A stretch of DNA of 60,094 bases, counting the filler, from Hausera hauseri (taxonomy: Eukaryota), in NCBI GenBank assembly GCA_046269625.1. It is 11 parts of 11 records of this genome, joined end to end, with 100 filler letters (N's around TTAATTAATTAA, not from the genome) between each part and the next. Parts side by side here need not be neighbours in the genome. Positions count along the whole stretch, not along the records: positions 11,224 to 17,011 come from JBJURY010189305.1; positions 17,112 to 26,282 come from JBJURY010444357.1; 9 more parts are not named here. One strand, 5' to 3'. Within the stretch, counting starts at the first letter, position 1. Each line of letters opens with the position of its first letter. The notes beneath the pieces are model-generated. The model saw nothing but the letters and a program-made list of their open reading frames with translations, searched no databases and had not been told where the DNA came from. The position numbers and the translations under genes are program-made. Positions 12,151 to 24,399 of this stretch are shown here, piece by piece.

Positions 12151-12503
12151 GGATCAGATACCGAAAAGAAAAGTGCCAAGAAGAAGGATAAACCCTTGAT
12201 ACCAGAAGAAGAAGAATTGAAGACTCCGGAACTTAATCTACCTTCCGGAAATGGAAGTGAAAAGAATGAGTCAAGTGAAGAAAGTGAACCCAAAGAAGAG
12301 ATAGAAAGAATAAGGAAAAAGAAAAAAAGGAAAAATCTCCCAGTTTTGAGTCCTTACTTGTGGATCTAGATCAGGATGGCATAGAAATAGTTGGAAAAAT
12401 ATCCAGATATGCCAACCAAGAACTAATTGCTGGAACTCGGTTTAGACAAGATCTGTCTATGCTACTATAACAAACAATCAGCCATCAACAATTTGCAAAT
12501 TTA

Positions 12504-13058
12504 TTGGACTTGCTGCCAATGTATGCTGCAAGAACAAGCCCATATCAGAATATTGTACGATACATAATTTATCGATATGCGGATAGAGTGAGGATAGTTG
12601 GAGAAAATCCTGAAGTAATGGTTATATTACAACAGTATAACCAAGATTTTCATGTTCTAAGAATGAAGTCATTGGATACGATACTGACATTGAAAAAGAA
12701 TATCAATGGGATTATTCAGCCTCAAGGAGAAATAGAATTGCGTTTCTATGGACGCACTCTGCTGGATTACAAAACTTTCTATGAAGTAGATATCTGGGAA
12801 AACCGATACAATCATGTGTGTATTACTTATAGACAGACTGAACAAGAGATAATTGATGAAATTATTACTGATGTTAGGCGAAAAGAAACACAAGAAAGTG
12901 AAAGCCAGCATCAAGAGCAACTAGTAGAAGCTGGAGTGAACATTACCATATCAGAGAAATACAAACAGATAAGAGAAATCCTGGTAGACGAAAAGGAACG
13001 ACAAAGTTTTATCAATTTGTTACGACCCCTTAAACAATCAACTCACATTGACAATTAA
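12504..13058 (+). CDS. Protein segment with a ubiquitin-like domain, downstream of Gag
   Basis: VMVILQQYNQDFHVLRMKSLDTILTLKKNINGIIQPQGEIELRFYGRTLLDYKTFYEVDI matches the ubiquitin pattern DTI..vK.kI...rLiFaGkqLeD.rTl.dynI. No C-terminal GG. Confidence 0.65.
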   Translation: MDLLPMYAARTSPYQNIVRYIIYRYADRVRIVGENPEVMVILQQYNQDFHVLRMKSLDTILTLKKNINGIIQPQGEIELRFYGRTLLDYKTFYEVDIWENRYNHVCITYRQTEQEIIDEIITDVRRKETQESESQHQEQLVEAGVNITISEKYKQIREILVDEKERQSFINLLRPLKQSTHIDN

Positions 13059-13128
13059 CATTTTGTTTTTTGACAATTAACATTTTGACAATTAACATTT
13101 TTGTTTTGATTTTGACAATTAACATTTT
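13048..13128. repeat. Four copies of TTGACAATTAACATTTT
   Basis: Read directly from the sequence; overlaps the stop codon of the Ubl ORF. Confidence 0.85.
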
Positions 13129-15234
13129 CGTAACTTCGATTCAAATACTTTTGTTTTGTTTTTCCTGTGAGCCCCACATGATGGGCATTTTTATTCATCT
13201 GCTCTTTGTACAGGAACGTGTACCCAGCTTGGTAACGGCCGTATAGTTTTGAGATTTTAAAAATCAATTTGTTTTAAAAATCAATTAGTAAAATATATCA
13301 AAATGGAATGAAACGCAATAGTAGCGAAATTCTGAATTTAGAATTGAAATGTAGAACAAATACGGCACAATTGCGAACTTGCTAAAATTAGAATCGACGT
13401 ATATAAATGAGATGCAATTCGTGGATACACACACTAAAACTTAAACCACAAAATTTTTATTATTCATACCAGTGATTGTTCGAGCATTCATACAAATAAT
13501 TGTTCATTCGTTCGAACATTCATCCGTTCGTACATTCATTCGTCGACATTTACTCGGTTTCAATTTAATTCGATTTGGTTTCTATGTTTTATTGGTGTTA
13601 CGTAGATCTTACTATCAAACCCTTTTACCAAAACGTTGGGGAAATTGTAAAGCAGTTAGACGACCGAAAAATCTGAGAAATATTATTCAGAAATTATATC
13701 TAAGTGGTTTCATCAACAAATTTTGACCCTACATGGCTAATAGAGATAGTGATAATCCTTCAGCTGATGACAGAGAGACTAGTGCCCCGGAGGACAGTGG
13801 GAATTTTAATGGTAAAATGTTATTCATTATTGAACAACTGGCCGTCATATTTCATTAATATAAATGTAAATTTTGTTATTTAATAAATATATATAAAAAA
13901 TAAATGATTATGATGTATGAAGGGAAAGACGATGTGTATGAATGTTCATATGTCGAGAAGCCCACCAATTGTTACCTCAGTATTTCCATTGGAATTTAGA
14001 GGAGTTCCGGATTATGGTAGTCCTTAATTTGGAAAGAATGGAAGTTCGGCTAAAGTTGATACTCAAATATGGGAATCTTGTGCTTGGAAATCGTATAATG
14101 AATTGATATTGATTCAGAGTACCTTGAGGGTTACAAGGACATGGAGAATAACTGACGTGTTCCGTCGAGTGTTGAGCTTGTGTTGGTGTAACGGATTCAA
14201 TGATGTAGTGTTAATATATTATAGTGAGCACGAGTAGTTGTGTTCGAATTGATGGATTGAGATCATATTGGTTGGTAAGTGTATGTGATGTGTACCGAAC
14301 ATTATGGATCTCTCAAGAAAGGTATTTGAGGTCGTTTTAGCAGTTGGGTGAGTGTCTTGAGTTGCGAGCGATTTGGAGATCATTAATTCTTAAATGAAGA
14401 AATTCGATACACGATGAATAATAAAGTATTTTCGTTATGGAACTCGGAAGACCTATTTTTTACATTTGCCTTTCTCTCTAGATTGTATACCTCCTTGAAG
14501 AAATCTCCCTAAAATATATATTTATGACTAATGTTAACAAAACTACGTCTCCCCATTTATTCGGATAAATCTCAGATATTAGTTGGTCCCTCTACGTGTG
14601 TTGTGTTTTAGTATCTCACTTAATTACTCTCACCGACAATCGAGTATTTTATGATACCAAATCATTCTTTCCAGATATTAAATATTTCACGGTATCGTAT
14701 TTTGAACTACTGCGTCGAGGCATTTTAAATTTCATGAATATGACAGAATTATTATTTACTGCCACCTTCTTTAAACCACGATTGTACTAATTATCATTTT
14801 TGAGAATTGTTTTGATCGTTAGGGTCTACTAAAATGTGATTAACTTTGGTCCATTTTAATGGTGATTTGAGTAAACAAAAGTTGAATATATAATATAAAA
14901 CCTAAATGAAAATAATTTCATAAAAAATTTGCAAAAAAATAGAATCTTTAAACTTTTTCTCTTAAATTTATCGATCAGTAGAGTTTCTTTGGAAAGTTGT
15001 TTATATTGGATTGCATCGGATGACCGGTTTTCTCGGGGAGGTTGGATGCAGTAAATGGTTTGGATTTTGTTGAATATTCAGGAGGTATGCGATACTCATA
15101 CTGTGAGTAAATCCAAACACTTCAAATTGGCGATCATAAAGTCTGTGGCATGTAGATTGGATATTGGTGGTTTGGTGGAGGATTCTATTTATAGGGTCAT
15201 TGTGTCGAGCGTGGTTGCAGAGTTGTGTATCGTG

Positions 15235-15330
15235 TCACCTGATTTTAAATTTGTGACAATCACCTGATTTTAAAATAAATTTGTAACAATCAACTGATTT
15301 TAAAATAAATTTGCGACAACAATTGATTTT
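15235..15330. repeat. ~30-bp imperfect tandem repeat, about 3.5 units
   Basis: Unit CAmCTGATTTTAAA(ATAAA)TTTGTrACAAT. Confidence 0.8.
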
Positions 15331-15619
15331 GTATCATGACATCGGTATATTGTTGAGGAGATGATGTCACTTGTTGTACTAATAATATTTCATACACTAA
15401 CGATTATGACTATATTTTATTATATAATTTAGTTTAAAAGTTTTTAAATATTGAATTGTAATTTTCACTTTTGATTTGTACTATATACGGTTAATTTGAA
15501 TATGCGAGTAAGGCATAGCATACATCACAATCTGTAGAGAAACCACGAACAAGTTCATTGAATTACAAAAATTGGGATATCTAAATTCTCACGACACAAC
15601 TTGACGTGTAAATGTATAT

Positions 15620-15910
15620 CCTTGGCTAGAATCGGAATATACACCATACATTATTTTGAAATTACTGCATGTTTGATTTCTTTAAAAGAAAAGTCCAGAG
15701 TTGAGGGAAATACAGTACATGTATGTATCACTAATATGCGTAATCATAAGGACCACGTATCACAAGGAAATGAAATTGAAATATCCAAATTTTAGAATAC
15801 CACCTGACCTGTCAGTACCTATCCTTGGTTGGAATTGAAATATTTGCCATACATAATTCGGAAATAATTGCATCTAGAATGGAAGGAAATACAGTACGTG
15901 TGCATGTCGA
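15620..15910. repeat. Two diverged direct repeats of ~100 bp
   Basis: CCTTGG...CCATACAT.ATT..GAAAT.A.TGCAT...GGAAATACAGTAC at ~15620 and ~15822. Confidence 0.6.
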
Positions 15911-16920
15911 AGAAATGTATAACTAACAAACCAAGTAGCTTCTTATCACACTTCAACAATCAAAGGCGCAGGTATTTTACGTACCGAACCGCCCGCGAAC
16001 TTGCCCTTCAGATTCTATAAAGAAAAAATTTCTTTTATATGTTACTATAAATTAGATAATGAAGTACTCACCTAAATGTAACTCTATCTTTACCTGGGAA
16101 ATAGTAACACTATAATTGTTCAATTTCATTTCGAAAAGTTAACTGCCTATCGATTTTAATCATTACTTTTAAATTATTTTGTTCGTCCCTTCACAGACAT
16201 AAAGCCATACATAATATTGGACGATTACTAGTCTAACGATAGAAATTTATGACCCTTTTCTTGCGATATTACTTAAACCTAAATGCAGCAAATATGCACT
16301 GATTTTATTATGTACCTGGTTCTGTCTGTCAGCAGAACCCTCTCCAACCCTGTAAAATTTTCAGTTACAGTGAAAGTATCATAATATGAAATGATACAAA
16401 AAGTTTTATTAGATCATATTGAATGTGTAAACAGGTAAATGTAAAGGGATGCTATTGAGATGTCTGACGTAGATTTTAAAAAAATCTTTTTATGCTCGTG
16501 GTTAACAGGATGACAAAAATACACTTTTACCGACGTTTCGAACCACTGAAACTCTCCTCACGTTTGAGAGGCTAAACGCTGCCTTCTCTATCCCGGTGGT
16601 CAACTATCAGGTTTAATGTTGTACTATTTTATGACTAACATTTATTTTTCCTTTTAGTAAAATGGATGGGGTCTGCGGAGGCCAAGTAATTCTTGTGTGC
16701 CAAAAACGATAGGAAATGAGGGTCTGTTGAAAGGTACAGGAATACGGGCAGTGTCAGTAGTGATAAAGGAAATAAGAGGCTTTGAACAGAACATATAAAG
16801 AAGAAGACACAAAACTCGATTCCACGGATAGCATTTCAATGAATCCCACAGGGGAAGCGAGGATGAGGACGACCTAGAGAGGCAACCAAAATTCTGTCAG
16901 CTACCGGTCTGCAAGACAAG

Positions 16921-16926
16921 AGAGAG

Positions 16927-17011
<85 letters not shown>
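16921..17011. repeat. Compound (GA)n/(GACA)n/(GATA)n microsatellite
   Basis: Read directly; the contig ends inside it. Confidence 0.97.
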
Positions 17012-17111
17012 NNNNNNNNNNNNNNNNNNNNNNNNNNNNNNNNNNNNNNNNNNNNTTAATTAATTAANNNNNNNNNNNNNNNNNNNNNNNNNNNNNNNNN
17101 NNNNNNNNNNN

Positions 17112-17720
17112 ATTTTGTTTTTAAGAAATTTATCAAAATACGCGAAGCATACATATAAACATATAAACAGGGATTCTTTGATTGTTTTCAAATATTTGTT
17201 CAAACGCTTCTCTCAATGATTCTTCAATGAGTTTTTGTTGCCATTAAAACAGTCCACCCATATCTTGTGTATAGATCTATACAAACTAATATAACGATAT
17301 GTTTCAGGATCTGTGGATTTTTTCACGAGGTCACAAATATCACAACCCTGTGTATTATCTTTTCCACATACCTAAACTTTTAACCATTTTAGGTTTCGTG
17401 TATCAGTGGTGTAACTCATTAGCTAATTGTTTCTGAGATTCTATTGGTTCTAATAGTTTGAAATCTTCTTTAAAATCATCCTTTTGAGTGTAAAAATTTT
17501 TAGTTGCTACATTAACTATACGAGATGGATATCCAGATCCAAAACTACCTTTTCTTTTATCAGTAATTTTATTAAGGATCTAAGAATTCTATTTATAAAA
17601 TTTAATTCATTGTTTGGAATTTCATTCAACGAATGGATAAGGTTTACATCGACCATATGCCTATCTCTTAGGTCCGAGGATTTATATGCAATGGCATGAT
17701 TCAGACACGCTTAATAGGTT
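17112..17720 (-). mobile_element. Degenerate PLA2-like domain followed by Maverick-type rve integrase
   Basis: Minus strand: ACLNHAIAYKSSDLRDRHMVDVNL (parvoviral-type PLA2 pattern AC..HDIAY...DL..RH.AD..L), then QKQLANELH, GKDN..CDICDL, YRYI, VCIDLYTRYGW and LREAFEQIF...RIP (integrase pattern ELH...D.w..Dl.D...YkY...ID..sky.W). Confidence 0.65.
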
Positions 17721-19627
17721 TTACATGTTGGTAATTCTCTTGATTTGGTTCTTTTTGGTTGTACTGGTTTCCACTTGCCCTTGAATATCTCTTGTTACGC
17801 TTGGGGCTTCTATGAATTTCTTCTCTATGTTCTTTGAGTTTATATTTCCGGTCTGCTTATCTGTTTTCGCTGGAATTTTCGGTTTTTCGGTTTTTTTCTG
17901 TACCTCTGATTTCGCTGTTGCCGATGTCTTTACTTTTTCTGCTTCTTTCGGCGTTTCGGTTGAGCTTTTCGATTTTCCGATTACTTCTTTCCTTTTTATC
18001 AGGTAGAGATGGTGATTCATCGATTTTCTATCTTTTTGGTAAATTTTTTAATTGCTTTTTCTTTAAAGAATGCACTCGAGTACTCAACTAAAATGTAAAA
18101 CAAATAAAATCAGCATAATAAACATAATGAATATAAGATATTTCATTTATTTACAAAATTTTCATTACTTGCCTTGAGCTAACATGCTTTTAATATTCGA
18201 TTTGCGGTGCATTTTATGTTCTGACGAAATAAAAAATATCCATCGAATGTAGTCTGTGGTCAGTCATGTGCATAGTCAAAATGGAATATGCTGTTGTGAA
18301 TTAAACCAATACATTTTAGATTGACAGAACATCAAGGAAATATTATAAATCGAATATTAAAAAACAGAACGAACATGTTGTCAAAATTTCTAAACATGGT
18401 GGGGAGGAATTTGAACAAGTGCCCAATTCTATTACATTTTCATATTATCAATCATCATAATATTTTGCACATGTCTCTGATTATTTGTTATAAAAATTCA
18501 AATTCGTTTCATTGAAAGTTCAACCCATTGGGTAACGAGTTACTGATTGGTATAATCCCGTTTCTGTTGTCAATTAAACTACAATCCTACATAAATAACT
18601 ATTGCACAATGACGGCAGCTATGAGCTGTTCTCAGTTCAACATTCCTGTCAAAATTTTTTTCATAGAAAAGTTTCTGATAAAAGTTAGATTTATGTCAAC
18701 TTCGGGCAGACAGACCGTAAATTTCTGTCGAGATAATCGATTGACGATAATTTTTCATAGGTTTTGCACAAATAATTTAATGTAATTTTGACAAAATGAT
18801 GAAAATTTTCATAAATGAATGCTCAATATATGCCTAAAAACAACAAAGTAAAAGTTAAAATTTTCACGATAACTAAAGACGTTTTCACCTCCAAAGTAAC
18901 GTACATAGTAATTGAATTCTGCCTTGTAAATTAAGTGTCTGAACTAAAATATCAAAAATATGTTACATAATTGCAAGTGTTGCGTAAAATTTATGAAAAA
19001 ATCAAGAAGAATTTGAAGAGTCGTTAATCAATGAAACGATGTGAAAATACAAAGATTGCATTAATGACATAAACATTGGAATTTTACCACGTTCGACAAA
19101 TATGGTCAACTTTTCATCGTTTTGTAGAGATAAATATCTGTGTGGCACTTGCACAATATTCCATAAAACACCAATTTTATTACAATTCATAATCTCTACC
19201 CAACTCTAACCATATTTCTAAGTCTAATTCTCAAAGAAATTCAATTTTATAATCGAGTCTTACGTTCTTCATCGAGGTAGTACCCATTCATTGAACAATG
19301 TAAAGTCCCGTTTGGTACCATAAACAAAAACGTCTGTCAGCCTACAAATTCTTTGCTGTAGCGAAACTGTTTTTAGTTAATATCAAAGCGAATGTTTATA
19401 GAGGAGCTTTTGTCAATAAAAAATTAACTGAAAAAAATATTAAAATTTTTATCACCTGTAATCCATTTTATAATAAGTTACTCGACGAATTTTAATTTCA
19501 TTTGAATTATCATTTTGTCAAATTGACCATGAATATTTATCCTAGCTGCAGACTAATAATAGTCATATGATGAATGAGGTAGATCAATTTGAAACCAAGT
19601 CGCGAATGTTAATTGAAATTTTTACAG

Positions 19628-20302
19628 GTTGAAGCAGATGAACAAGAAATATCGAAGAAAATCCACGTTGGTTACACATCAAACGACATAACAATTGAAG
19701 ATTTACGTGGATTATTTGAGGATTATGGATATGTGACGGACATATTCATTCCGAAACCATTTCGAAATTTTGCATTTGTCACATTTGACTCGAGTGAAGC
19801 TGCACAGAAACTCATTGGACACACACTGAAATTGAAGGGACACAATCTGGTAATCGGCAGTGCCGTACCGAAAATCAGCAATCGTAAAAACCAACAGCAG
19901 CAACAACAACTTGGCATCTATCCGGAATCGGCCATTCCTGCACACACGTATCAGGCACGATATGCCAATGGCATGATTCCATCGTATGGTTGGCCGACAA
20001 TCGGTGTAACACAGAAAGTTCAGCAGACACCATATGGTGGTGGTTATTCAAATATGCCAATTAATCAAGGTGGTCAATCATACGTCATTGCCAATGGGGC
20101 ACGTGGCAATGAGACGTTCCAGAATTTCGGTGGTTATGAAGCCATGCAACAAGGATTTATGGCCGGTCAATTTGGTGAATATGCCAATCAAGGAACAGCA
20201 GCAAACACCGCACTGAATCTCCTCAAGAATCCCGATGTCGTGGCTGCTATTGTCGCTGCAGCTAGCAAATCCGGGACAATGCATGGGAAATTTCCCCAGT
20301 AG
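19628..20302 (+). CDS. TARDBP: Last coding exon of a TDP-43/TBPH homologue (RRM2 plus G/Q/N/Y-rich tail)
   Basis: KIHVGYTSNDITIEDLRGLFEDYGYVTDIFIPKPFRNFAFVTF...SAVPK matches TDP-43 RRM2 (DVFIPKPFRAFAFVTF...SNAEPK). Splice acceptor TTTACAG at 19621-19627. Confidence 0.88.
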   Translation, partial: VEADEQEISKKIHVGYTSNDITIEDLRGLFEDYGYVTDIFIPKPFRNFAFVTFDSSEAAQKLIGHTLKLKGHNLVIGSAVPKISNRKNQQQQQQLGIYPESAIPAHTYQARYANGMIPSYGWPTIGVTQKVQQTPYGGGYSNMPINQGGQSYVIANGARGNETFQNFGGYEAMQQGFMAGQFGEYANQGTAANTALNLLKNPDVVAAIVAAASKSGTMHGKFPQ

Positions 20303-21279
20303 AGAAGGTAACGAATCTAGACCGGCAGGCTGATGGGAGTGAATGAGAAATGATGTCTGCATTGATTCGCGATGTGTATTGGACTGTTTGTTGGTTTGTA
20401 AATAGGTCATTTCGATGTAGCTTCTTGACAATTGTGATTGTTCATTTTTGTTGTGGTTTGATTGTTAATAAATTATGATGAAATGTGGGTCGTTGCCGTT
20501 ATGGAATCACTGCTGATTATCACTGGACACGAGATGGATTTGTCGTTGTGGTTTGTGGGTCTGTCTGGTAGTCTGGTGGGTTTCAGCAGTTGTCGATTGA
20601 TGGAATTGTGATCGTTGTGGAGTGCAGTATGCAGCACGAAGTTTTATCTTTTTGCTATATTTCTGTGAATGTTTAATGATGGGTTTGTCGTGAATATCTT
20701 TAATTCCTATTTTATATGGCATTTCTATTTATATTCAGATACATTTACAAAATATCTCACAGGTGAAATACTTTCTGAAACCACAGATTGTTATTAAAAT
20801 CCAACAAACAGAAAGAATTTGTTGATTGCTATTCACAGGAAACAGGTCATTACTTCTAGTCATTGTTTTACAAGTTCTACACGTTCGACAAGTTAAAAAT
20901 TTGATAATTTATACCATTCTATTACCCCATCCAAACAGGCAGAAGAATGTTATGAATAAACAAAATTAATATCTCTGAAATTAGATAAAAACATTTTAAA
21001 AGTTGAATTTGATTCCAATATTCTTTTCAAGGAGTAATTCATACACAACAGTGGAATAGAATATCAAAGAAAGAAGGTTTGCAATAAGGTGGATGAACAA
21101 CATTGCTCAAGACCAGAAAGCACATGCCAGTTTGATTTCAGATATGCGAAGACAGGATTCGACTCACTGCGTATCATGAAGAAGTGCGCTCTAATATTGA
21201 CTCGAGCCTTTTCGGAAAGTGGTGGTTGTTTGGGGAAGATAAAAGTCGCCGTGGAGTGGGATAATAGAGTACATGATAT

Positions 21280-21540
21280 TGAATTGATAGTCGAAGAAAT
21301 CAGACCGGAAGCTAAGATCTTTATTTCTTCTGCAGTTAAGGTTTTTGATAGGTCTGTTATGAGTAAGGCATCGGCGGTTTTTCTGGTCTTTTCGATTTCT
21401 CTTCCTTTGGTTTTGTTCCCAGGTTTACGAGTTTCTTGTTCAGTTTGTTGGAGTAGAATTTTTGCTGATCTTGTTTAAATTTTCGAGTGTCGTGGTATTT
21501 GTGTGACTTTATGGTGCTGTTTATTATTTATATCAGGAGG
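21280..21540 (-). mobile_element. Probable N-terminal segment of the Penelope-like ORF, inverted relative to its RT
   Basis: Minus strand reads NKLNKKLVNLG...ITDLSKTLTAEEIKILASGL, like the PLE N-terminal NLS..L...E..lL..GL motif. The A-rich strand bias flips at ~21545. Confidence 0.5.
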
Positions 21541-21559
21541 GCATGGTCAGATATGTAAG

Positions 21560-23215
21560 ATTACCGGAATTCCGAAACCCATTCAGAAATCATTCATAAC
21601 CCACAACTCCAACATCGCCAGATTCTACAGCCTTATGAAAACACAAGCTAAGAAATGAAGTAAAAGTATGACCAATAGTATCGAACATCAATTCACAGGG
21701 CACGAAGATCTGGCTTCTCCAATACCTAATAAAACCGGTCTTAAAGGACTTCTCAGCCCACTTAGAGGCAGTTCCGAACTAATCAAATCAATCGAAGAAA
21801 TAGGAGAAACGATAAGTTGAGGCAACTACCCCTTTAGCTTAGACGTAGTAGCCCTATACGCATCCATTCCCTCCAAAGACGCAATACAGGCCGTATGCAG
21901 AAGACTAGAAAACAAGAATACCAACTACTACAGCATAAACGTCGAGGACATAAGAAAACTTGTAGAATCTGTCGTTGACACTACATACTTCACATTCAAC
22001 AAGGGTAAGTTCAAACAAATCTCAGGATTACCAATGGGGAAAGGCCTATCAGGAAATGTAGCCATTCTCTTCATGGATCAGATCGAACGAACAGCGATCT
22101 TAGACAATAACATCACCTTGTACAAACGATACGTAGACGACATCTGCATTATATGCAGAAACAAAGAAGAAGCCGAAGAAATACACGTGAGCATGAACGC
22201 TCTGCACAGTAGCATCAAATTTGAAATAGAACACCCAACAAAAGATAAATTACTAAGCCTATTACACTTCACTATCTCAATGCAGAAGAACGGAACCTAC
22301 GAACTCAACTTTTACAGGAAACCAGCCCTAAAGGACATATGAACTACGACTCGGCAGTTCCCAAAAAGACCAAGACAAACAATCAAAGAAGATATCGCCA
22401 GAATCAAAGGAAGTTGTAGCAAAGAAAAAGAACTTAAAGAAAATCTAGAAATACTTGAAAGAAGATTGACCATGAACGGCTACCCGATAGAATACATCCA
22501 GGAGAAACAAAAAAGATCAACCAGGAAAAGAAAAAAGAAGATAGCAAGAAAAACAAACAAAGGATGAAAAAAGAAAGAGAATATTCTACCACGACTTCCC
22601 CTACATATCAGACTAAGTGACCAGAAGGATAAGGACTATATTCAGAAAAGAAGGGTTCGACGTGAGACTATACGGTAGGAAGTACACCCTAAGAAACCTC
22701 CTCAAGAAGGCTACCAAGGAACCATGCAGAACGAGCAACTGCCCACTCAACAACGACCTATTTCTCAGGAAGAATGTAGTATACAGATTGACATGCAACA
22801 AGTGCAACAAAAACTACATAAGCAGCACAATAAGAGAGTTGCACACCATAGTAGCTGAACACCTAAAGGACGAAAAAAGCTCAATGTTCGAACACCAACA
22901 AGAGTGTAAATCAGGATTCTGGACCGAAATACTAGACACAGCTAAGGACCAGATAAACCTAAGGATCAAAGAAGCCATCCACATAAGAAGATCCAAACCC
23001 CAACTGAACATCAAACAAGAAATCGGCGATATAAACAGCATATTGTTTTGAGGAACCAATAAAAATAAAGAAAAAGGAAAAATAACAAAAGAAAGACTCA
23101 TTCAGGAAGACCAACACCAAAATAGCCATACTCTGAAGAAGGTCTTATTATTATCGAAATAGCAGAACCAAACAACTCGCAACATTATTGTCCTCTAAAA
23201 CACTTCAATTTGTTT
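21560..23215 (+). mobile_element. Penelope-like retroelement (RT plus GIY-YIG endonuclease), degenerate
   Basis: FSLDVVALYASIP, QISGLPMG, YKRYVDD, FYRKP, NGYP; then NVVYRLTCNKCNKNYI..T.R.L...EH...KEAIHI...PQLN. Confidence 0.92.
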
Positions 23216-24399
23216 AATAATAGTTGACGCAAAGCTGCTTCAATTGAATAAAATGAAAAATAGCGAATAAAAATGTTTCGAAATGTATAATGAATACACC
23301 AATAGTGCATTCATTATAATTGTTTCGATAAATTAATGTCGGCCAAATCAGGTAACAGTATGCAATCAGCTATACTGTTAACCGATTTGTCACAGTCGTC
23401 ATGCAGGGCTGTAGTCATTTAGTACAGTGCAATCATTTCTATTTTTAGCAGTTGCCTACTGCACTGCATGTGGTCTCCACATTCACCCAACTGGTGAACT
23501 ATATGTGGCATTTCTAATGTAAAAATATGGTTGTTTTAATAATTAATACACAATGCCTATTTCGATTTTTTATTGATATCGGATGTACTATTTTAATTGA
23601 TGGCCTTGTGTTTTGAAGACTTTGTTTTGTTAAGTTGCAATGAGGGTTCTAAACTTTTCAATTTATTTATTGATAATCTTGATATCAGAGTTGATATTTT
23701 ACCTCATGAATTTCTTCTGTGCATAACAATTGAAACCGGGGAAACATTTGACGTGAAATTCGATTTAAATCGGATTAATTCGTATCGTCTTGGCACACAA
23801 TTGGTTTTAAAAATAGTTAGTGCGTCATCAAAATTACCAATTTTCCACGTTTCACCTTCAATTAAAACTCGATGACTATTTGCAAAACTGGAAGGTCCAT
23901 TCAGTAGGAACGTTATGGTAACATTATACTCAAGCTAATAATGAAGCGACAAATTATGTGTTCTTGACACCTCAAGAAAAGACGTTTTTTGGTATTCTGA
24001 GTCTTGCTGTCATGTCATTCGTACTCGAATTAATAGAGATCAATTTCCAACAATGTTCGTGGTGAACTCTCAATTTTTTCGATTGTGGAAATAACCGATC
24101 TCAATTCAGTCCTGCACAACAAAAGCACCCACAGTGCAAACTAATCAAACTAATTTTTCGGAATCTCGGTTATCTACTTCGTATTCTGTCGATTCGCTTA
24201 AGTCACAGATCATTTCGACTATACCATATCAAGGTACGAGCCATCAGGATAATTCAATCGGACCGATAACGTTTAATAACTCTCAATTTAATTCGATTGC
24301 TGATTTTCCCAGATTGGACGCAGATGTCATTAAGCAGAATACCGATATTAATTCATCACTGGATAAACCAACGCCCCATCACAAGAATATTTAAAAGTC

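Noticed and set aside
12311-12335. Programmed -1 frameshift between Gag and the Ubl region
   Set aside because: No in-frame X XXY YYZ heptamer, and the region has other decay stops. An indel in the A-tract is simpler.
13048-13128. CRISPR-like array or bacterial -35 boxes (TTGACA)
   Set aside because: No unique spacers, no cas genes, and a eukaryotic context.
16690-16880. PHD-like LINE ORF1 remnant (PRFPCG...) on the minus strand
   Set aside because: Too few conserved Cys remain to support it.
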